A stretch of 63,409 bases of DNA, the filler included, from Olpidium bornovanus S191 (taxonomy: Eukaryota; Fungi; Olpidiomycota), in NCBI GenBank assembly GCA_017911155.1. It is 26 parts of 26 records of this genome, joined end to end, with 100 filler letters (N's around TTAATTAATTAA, not from the genome) between each part and the next. Parts side by side here need not be neighbours in the genome. Positions count along the whole stretch, not along the records: positions 58,250 to 61,693 come from JAEFCI010000101.1; positions 61,794 to 63,409 come from JAEFCI010001828.1; 24 more parts are not named here. One strand, 5' to 3'. Made by a program: the position numbers and the translations under genes. The notes beneath the pieces are model-generated. The model was not told the DNA's origin and made no database searches. It saw only the letters and a list, made by a program, of their open reading frames with translations. The first letter of the stretch is position 1; each line of letters starts with the position of its first letter. Shown here one piece after another: positions 58,250 to 63,409 of the stretch.

Positions 58250-60513
58250 ACCTCCCCCAGACGCTCGCACTCTGTTCTAACATCCTCCTTGAGATCTAGC
58301 ATCAGAGTAACGTCTTCCTGCAAACGGGATGTAAGAAAAAAAAAAATAGAGGTCAGCCCCAAATTCCATGAAAATCTGCACATAAAATACACCCAGATCT
58401 GAAATGGCGTAAATCACCACCATATCGCCCACCCCCTTCTCTTTTCAAACCGCACGAGAATACAGTGAAAGAAGGTAAAACGAACGAAAATAAAAGAAAC
58501 TGAAGGATTCCCATATCCTTCGCCACATTCATCCTTCGTTCGTTTAGCCTTTCCTACCTCAAGCTCTTTCCGCGTGAAAATGTGCTTAAGGACCACAATC
58601 TTCTTAAACCGCTCGGCATTGGTCTTCTCCTCGGCTTCAAACCACTCCAACTTCCTGCGGAGTGGGCCGGATAGCAAATGAACAACACCGTCAGAAAGCA
58701 ATCAGCCGTACGATAACAAAAAGAGAGAAGACTTAGACACCCACTTTTCCATCTGCAGCTTCCGCTTCCGCAGCTTCTTGCGTTCCTGGGCGGACGTGGG
58801 GTCCTTCTTCGCCGCCTCCGTCTTCTCCTTGAACTCAGCCTAAGTATGGATCCAGAACAGGGGCCGTCCGTAACGGTTGTCGAAGCAGGGAAAACCCTTC
58901 AGATCCAGCCCATAAACAACGGAAACGCAGACGTCGACTACGGGGAATACGGCCGCCCACCGACTTTTTGCACTCGAATCTTGAATCCAGACCCAGGACG
59001 AAGCTCCGTGTCGTCCAGCAGCTCGCAGGCTAGCGGGACGGACTCCGGTTTCAGGTAGGAAACCAGGCCGTCGCCTTTTGGTCGCCCGGCAACGTCTGTG
59101 TACACTTTGATCTTCGGCTTTCCTGATGCCAGAACGAAGTGGGTAAAAAAATCGGACAACATTTAAACGAGAGGAGTGTCAGGAGCAACAAAAGAAGAGG
59201 AGGCATTGAAACGTGACGGATAAGAGGGGAGCGGAGATGATGGAAGAGGAAGAGGGGGCGGAGGAGGAAAAGTCGGATGGATCACAAAACGGAGAGACTA
59301 ACCGGTGGCAAGGTCTTCCATAAGAATTCCGAATTTGCTGAACACCTCCACAATCTCCTCAACGGTCGCGTCCTCTGGCAGGCCGGTAACGTAGACTGAG
59401 GTCACCGGCGGAGGGGGGACGAGCTGTTTGGCCTTTTTCCCGCCGCCGCCGCCGGGCACAGACTAACGGGTCCGGCGGCGATGTCGCGGTATAGTGCGTG
59501 TGTAACATGTCGGAGGAAACAGGCGGCTTGATTACGTCAAGGGTGCTGCCCCTCCAGCCAGAACGCCTCCGCGGCGGGGAGGGAGGGGGGGGGGCAGAGC
59601 GGGCATGCGCTCTGCAGTAGTCCTCGAGACCCCAGGACGCTTATTTCTCCTCCTCGGTTTTCCCCACCTCTGCCTTTCTCTTCGCGTTCGTCGGCTGGCT
59701 CTGCTCGGCGGCGGCGTTGTCCGTCGACTTGCGAAAGTACCAACCGCGAAATCGGAGCACGAAGTCACGTCTGAGCAGCCGCGGCCTACCGCGCGCACAC
59801 GAACAAACAGCCACCTTGCGGTTCTCACGTTTAACGTCTCCTCTTCTACACCGTACGCGGACTGCTGGGACTCGACAAGCTCTTGGTTCCACTGAGCAGC
59901 AAACGATATCGGCCCCCCCCCCAAGCCAATGATCAAATCCGAATGTAAGCAACACGGTCGCCTTCTCCCTTCCCCCCTCCCGGCTCCCGGTCGAAAGGGA
60001 ACGCGAAGGTGCAGTTCGCGTTCTGCTGCTACTGCGCAACGACCACAAGTTTACCATCGGAAACCAGGCCTTCCGCTCTTCGTCGAACTCGTACCGCACG
60101 TTTTGGGCATCTTCGTACGTCCACTTGCCGGATTCTGTGATGCAAATGTCGGTGCGGTGGCGGCAAGGCGGGCAACAGAGACGCCGCGCAGAGAGCGGTT
60201 CGGTGAAAACGCTGCAAAAAGGGAGCCGAGGGCCTTCTCCCAGCGCGGCGATAGGCCCCTCAAACGCGTCCGCCGTACGCCGGAGCGTTTCCGCATCCCC
60301 GAGGCACTCTTTTTCGCTCCGCAGGAGAATCCGGCAGAACAGGCCCGACGGCGCCGGCCGCGGCCAGCGTTCGGGGGGAGGGGGGAGAGAAGGGAAGGGA
60401 CGGCGAAGTTATTTACCCTCGTCCAGGGCGACCCTGCTGTCGTGGGCGAAGTCGGCCGGGCCCTGGGCGAGGAGGCTGGCAGGGTCTGGGGGGTTGAACT
60501 CGGGCTCTGCCAT
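58250..60513 (-). CDS. HTATSF1/Cus2/Uap2 U2 snRNP-associated RRM protein, 3' partial
   Basis: WTYED..YEFDEERKAWFP, TSVYVTGLPEDATVEEIVEVFSKFGILMED, PKIKVYTD..GRPKGDGLVSYLKPESVPLA, IVVLKHIFT..ELE, LDLKEDVRTECERLGE. Confidence 0.93.
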
Positions 60514-60580
60514 GCCGCCGTTTCCTCTCCGGCGGAAACCTGTGTCGGTCTCCAAAGCTTGGGTTTCCCGGGTTTTGCCC

Positions 60581-60622
<42 letters not shown>

Positions 60623-60809
60623 GGCGGTTACCCAGGTGAGTTGATTGAAATTTTTTTTTTTTTTTTTTTTTTTCCGAGTTTCCCTCCGTCCGGCTCCCGC
60701 TCGGGGGGTTTTTTTTTTTCTGATCCCGCGCTCGCGACGACCGTCGAACGGACGCTCTCGGGAATCAAGAAGGATATAGCGACCGACCGCGGCCCCGCCC
60801 CATCTTAAA

Positions 60810-61580
60810 ATGCTGGCCCGGCGACCGGCAACGCGCTGGCGGCTCCTGGCCGTGCGTTGCCTGGCCGCCGTCTTGCTCGCCCTGCCGCACGGCGGCTGCG
60901 CGGGGAGGTACGTGTGGACCGGCGCGGTCACCGACACCGCGTTCGACATCGTGGTGGAGGTGAGAGAGCGGCGGCCGACCCGGACGGGGAGCGGGCGGGT
61001 TTGTGTCGCCCGGGAGCGGCGGGATGCGGGCAGCACCGGAGGGCGTGGGGTCGAAGGAGCCCCCGCAGTTATGTTGGTTAGAGCTGACCTTCCCGCAAAC
61101 CCGGTGCCGCTTGCCGACCGCACGCCCCCCCTTCCCCCGATGCCGCAGGCAGCGGAGAACGATTCGCTGCTGTACTACCCGGCGGGCGCCCAGCCCCAGG
61201 TGCGGAGTGTGCCCGTCCCCGCGCCCAAGCTGGGCCTGGCCAGGGTCCAGGTCACAGGCCTGCTCCCGCGCACCCGCTACGCCTACGGCCTGGCTTCCGT
61301 CGGCGAGAACTCGCCGCTGGGCACCGTCACGACCTTTCCCACGCCCGGTACGAACAGCCGGCTCACGCTCGCGTTTGGGTCCTGCGCCAAATGGACCAAG
61401 AACGACGTCAGCTGGCGTGAGATCGCCGACCGAGCGCCCGACTTCATGCTCCACATGGGGGATCTGTTCTACGGGGACATTGCCACCAACGACGTCTCGC
61501 TGTTCAGATCGACGCTCCAGACCGTGGTCACGAACGAGGGTCAACAGAGGGTGTTTAGCTCGATGCCCGTGGTTCGTTGA
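60810..61580 (+). CDS. PhoD-like secreted alkaline phosphatase, N-terminal part (3' partial)
   Basis: Signal-peptide-like start, YVWTGAVT, VTGLLPRTRYAYG (FN3/PAP-N-like), LAFGSCA, PDFMLHMGDLFYGDI. Confidence 0.82.
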   Translation: MLARRPATRWRLLAVRCLAAVLLALPHGGCAGRYVWTGAVTDTAFDIVVEVRERRPTRTGSGRVCVARERRDAGSTGGRGVEGAPAVMLVRADLPANPVPLADRTPPLPPMPQAAENDSLLYYPAGAQPQVRSVPVPAPKLGLARVQVTGLLPRTRYAYGLASVGENSPLGTVTTFPTPGTNSRLTLAFGSCAKWTKNDVSWREIADRAPDFMLHMGDLFYGDIATNDVSLFRSTLQTVVTNEGQQRVFSSMPVVR

Positions 61581-61626
61581 CGGGGACCGCGTCCGGGGTG
61601 GGGGCGGAAGACGGTGGGGGGGGGGG

Positions 61627-61693
<67 letters not shown>

Positions 61694-61793
61694 NNNNNNN
61701 NNNNNNNNNNNNNNNNNNNNNNNNNNNNNNNNNNNNNTTAATTAATTAANNNNNNNNNNNNNNNNNNNNNNNNNNNNNNNNNNNNNNNNNNNN

Positions 61794-63215
61794 GAACGCC
61801 GGCGTAAATATTCGGTTTATGAAGTCACCATCCGGTATTTCCTGTTGAAAGCCGAGCTGAAACGGGGGACGACCGGCACGGAAGAGGGTTGCGTCGACCT
61901 ATATCAGACGCATGGTAAACATTGCTCTGTTCTTTGTTCCGGCGGTTGGACCGCCGTCGTCCCGTACCTCATCTGGCGGTCTGCGGGTTGGCGTCGACAT
62001 GGGTGATCCCACCGTACGCGGCGGCACTATCGGCACGGGCGGACGAGCATGCGGCTGGCACACGCGGATCGTAGACTGCTGTCTTGGCCGCGGTAAAAAA
62101 AAAAAAAAAAAAAACAGTCAGGAGGAATAACTCAAGGTGGACAGTGCGCGGCCGCAGATTCGAGACCAAAACGTCACCTCATCCGGAAGCTGTTTCCCGG
62201 TTCCGTCTGGCGGTGCGGATGGCGTCCGCGGCTGCGGCACCGGAGGCGGGGGCGCGGGGCGAGTCCGATGGGGCAAGGCGCGCGGCGGCGGATCAACCAC
62301 CGGTGCGCGCGCAGTGTCAACGTCCGTGCCGGCCACGACGGTCGCATCAAAGGTTTGCGATGCCGATTGGAGTCGGCCTCCGTCCGTGGTTGACGGCGGG
62401 CCTTGCGAGGCCGACGTTCCTTGAGAGGATGTCTCCGCTCTCGGGGTTGACGGCGGCGTCCCTGGAAACTGAAGCTGCTGCTGTTGCTCCTGCCACTTCC
62501 TCGCCGGGGACGGAGGGACGGACACCTGCGGAGCGCGGACGGTGCCGAAATCCCACGGCGCCTCCTCCGCCTCCGCCTTGCTTTTGCGCGCAAGGGCCGG
62601 CGTCGGTCACCTCGGAGCAAGGCGACGGAAAACGCCGGCGAACATATCGGCTGTTTAACTTGTGAATGCCATACCTCTCGTTTATGCTTTCCGCAGATTC
62701 TTCCGATTGGCTTCCTTGGGCTGCTAACCATTGCTCCCGACGCTCCACAAGATCGATCATCAAAAGCGTCCTCCTTGCCGTCTTGATGAATCGGTGCTTC
62801 AGCAGCTCTTTGGCGGTCGGCCTCTGCGTGGGCAGTTGAGAGCAGGTCGGACGCGCCGTCCAGATTCATCAACAAGCCGCGAACAATCGCGCGAACAAGC
62901 AAACGTACGAGTTCTGGCTGCTTTTGTAAGCACAGCGCCACGAAATCCTTGAACATTTTCGAGAAGTTGCCCTCGAGGACAGGAGGCGCGTATTTAGGAA
63001 TCAAAAAGAGGACTTTCATCGGATGCGTCCCCGCATATGGCGGTTCCCCCCGGGCGAGCTCGATAGCGGTGATGCCCAGGGACCATATGTCCGCCTGCGT
63101 TTGGAAACAGGGAACACTCGCTTGTCAGCACGCGGCGCTGTCCGTCTCTGCAGATCATTGCCGTTGGCCGCACCTTAAAATCGTAGCCAGATTGCTTGAT
63201 GACTTCAGGAGCCAT
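61794..63215 (-). CDS. STE20-family GCK-III kinase (STK24/25/MST-like), partial
   Basis: [15 protein letters not shown]|[64 protein letters not shown]. Confidence 0.92.
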
Positions 63216-63409
63216 CCAAAACTGGAGGGGAGAGGGGGGGGGGGGGAAGGGGGGGGGGGGGCAAGGGGGGGATGGGGACGCGCCCGCGACATGCTGGCCG
63301 TGCCCTGGGGCGGTTAGCGTACACCTCCCATTCGGATATAATACGACAGACTGCTTCTACTAGTGAGCGAACAAGTCTCCTACATTTCGCTGCAGCTCAC
63401 AGCAAAGAA

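Overview
This window is not a contiguous locus. It is about 26 short contigs (1-5 kb) joined by an artificial 100-nt spacer (N44-TTAATTAATTAA-N44), so adjacency across spacers means nothing. The DNA is from an intron-rich, GC-rich, homopolymer-rich eukaryote. The gene set (fungal-type Cet1, NoxR, Mkt1, plus NEK6/7, USP20/33, a Cep57-like protein, a base-exchange PS synthase and an enzyme-rhodopsin-like opsin) points to an early-diverging, probably zoosporic, fungus. An Olpidium-like organism is a guess from sequence style only. Most contigs carry partial housekeeping genes: CHD/Mit1 remodeler, NoxR, PAS kinase, USP20/33, Bub1, SF3B1, NEK6/7, UPF0652, TRM1, Mkt1, Cet1, TDP1, CCDC47, Cdc15-type F-BAR, HTATSF1 and a GCKIII kinase. 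The best leads are: (1) an intronless, compacted, triply frameshifted Rpb1-like RNA polymerase with NADFDGD, with a host solo LTR just downstream, which looks like an endogenised large-DNA-virus relic; (2) a type-1 rhodopsin resembling the rhodopsin-cyclase clade, with an altered helix-F motif and no visible cyclase domain; (3) an intronless bacterial-type GyrI-like gene in host-like flanks; (4) a CHD remodeler with a C-terminal GATA zinc finger split by an intron; (5) an LTR family with a 24-bp palindrome between E-boxes, and an in-frame gag-RNase H Copia deletion derivative. Sixteen of 50 spacer-adjacent contig ends lie at CATG, probably a library artefact. All family calls come from motif recognition by eye; no database searches were run.
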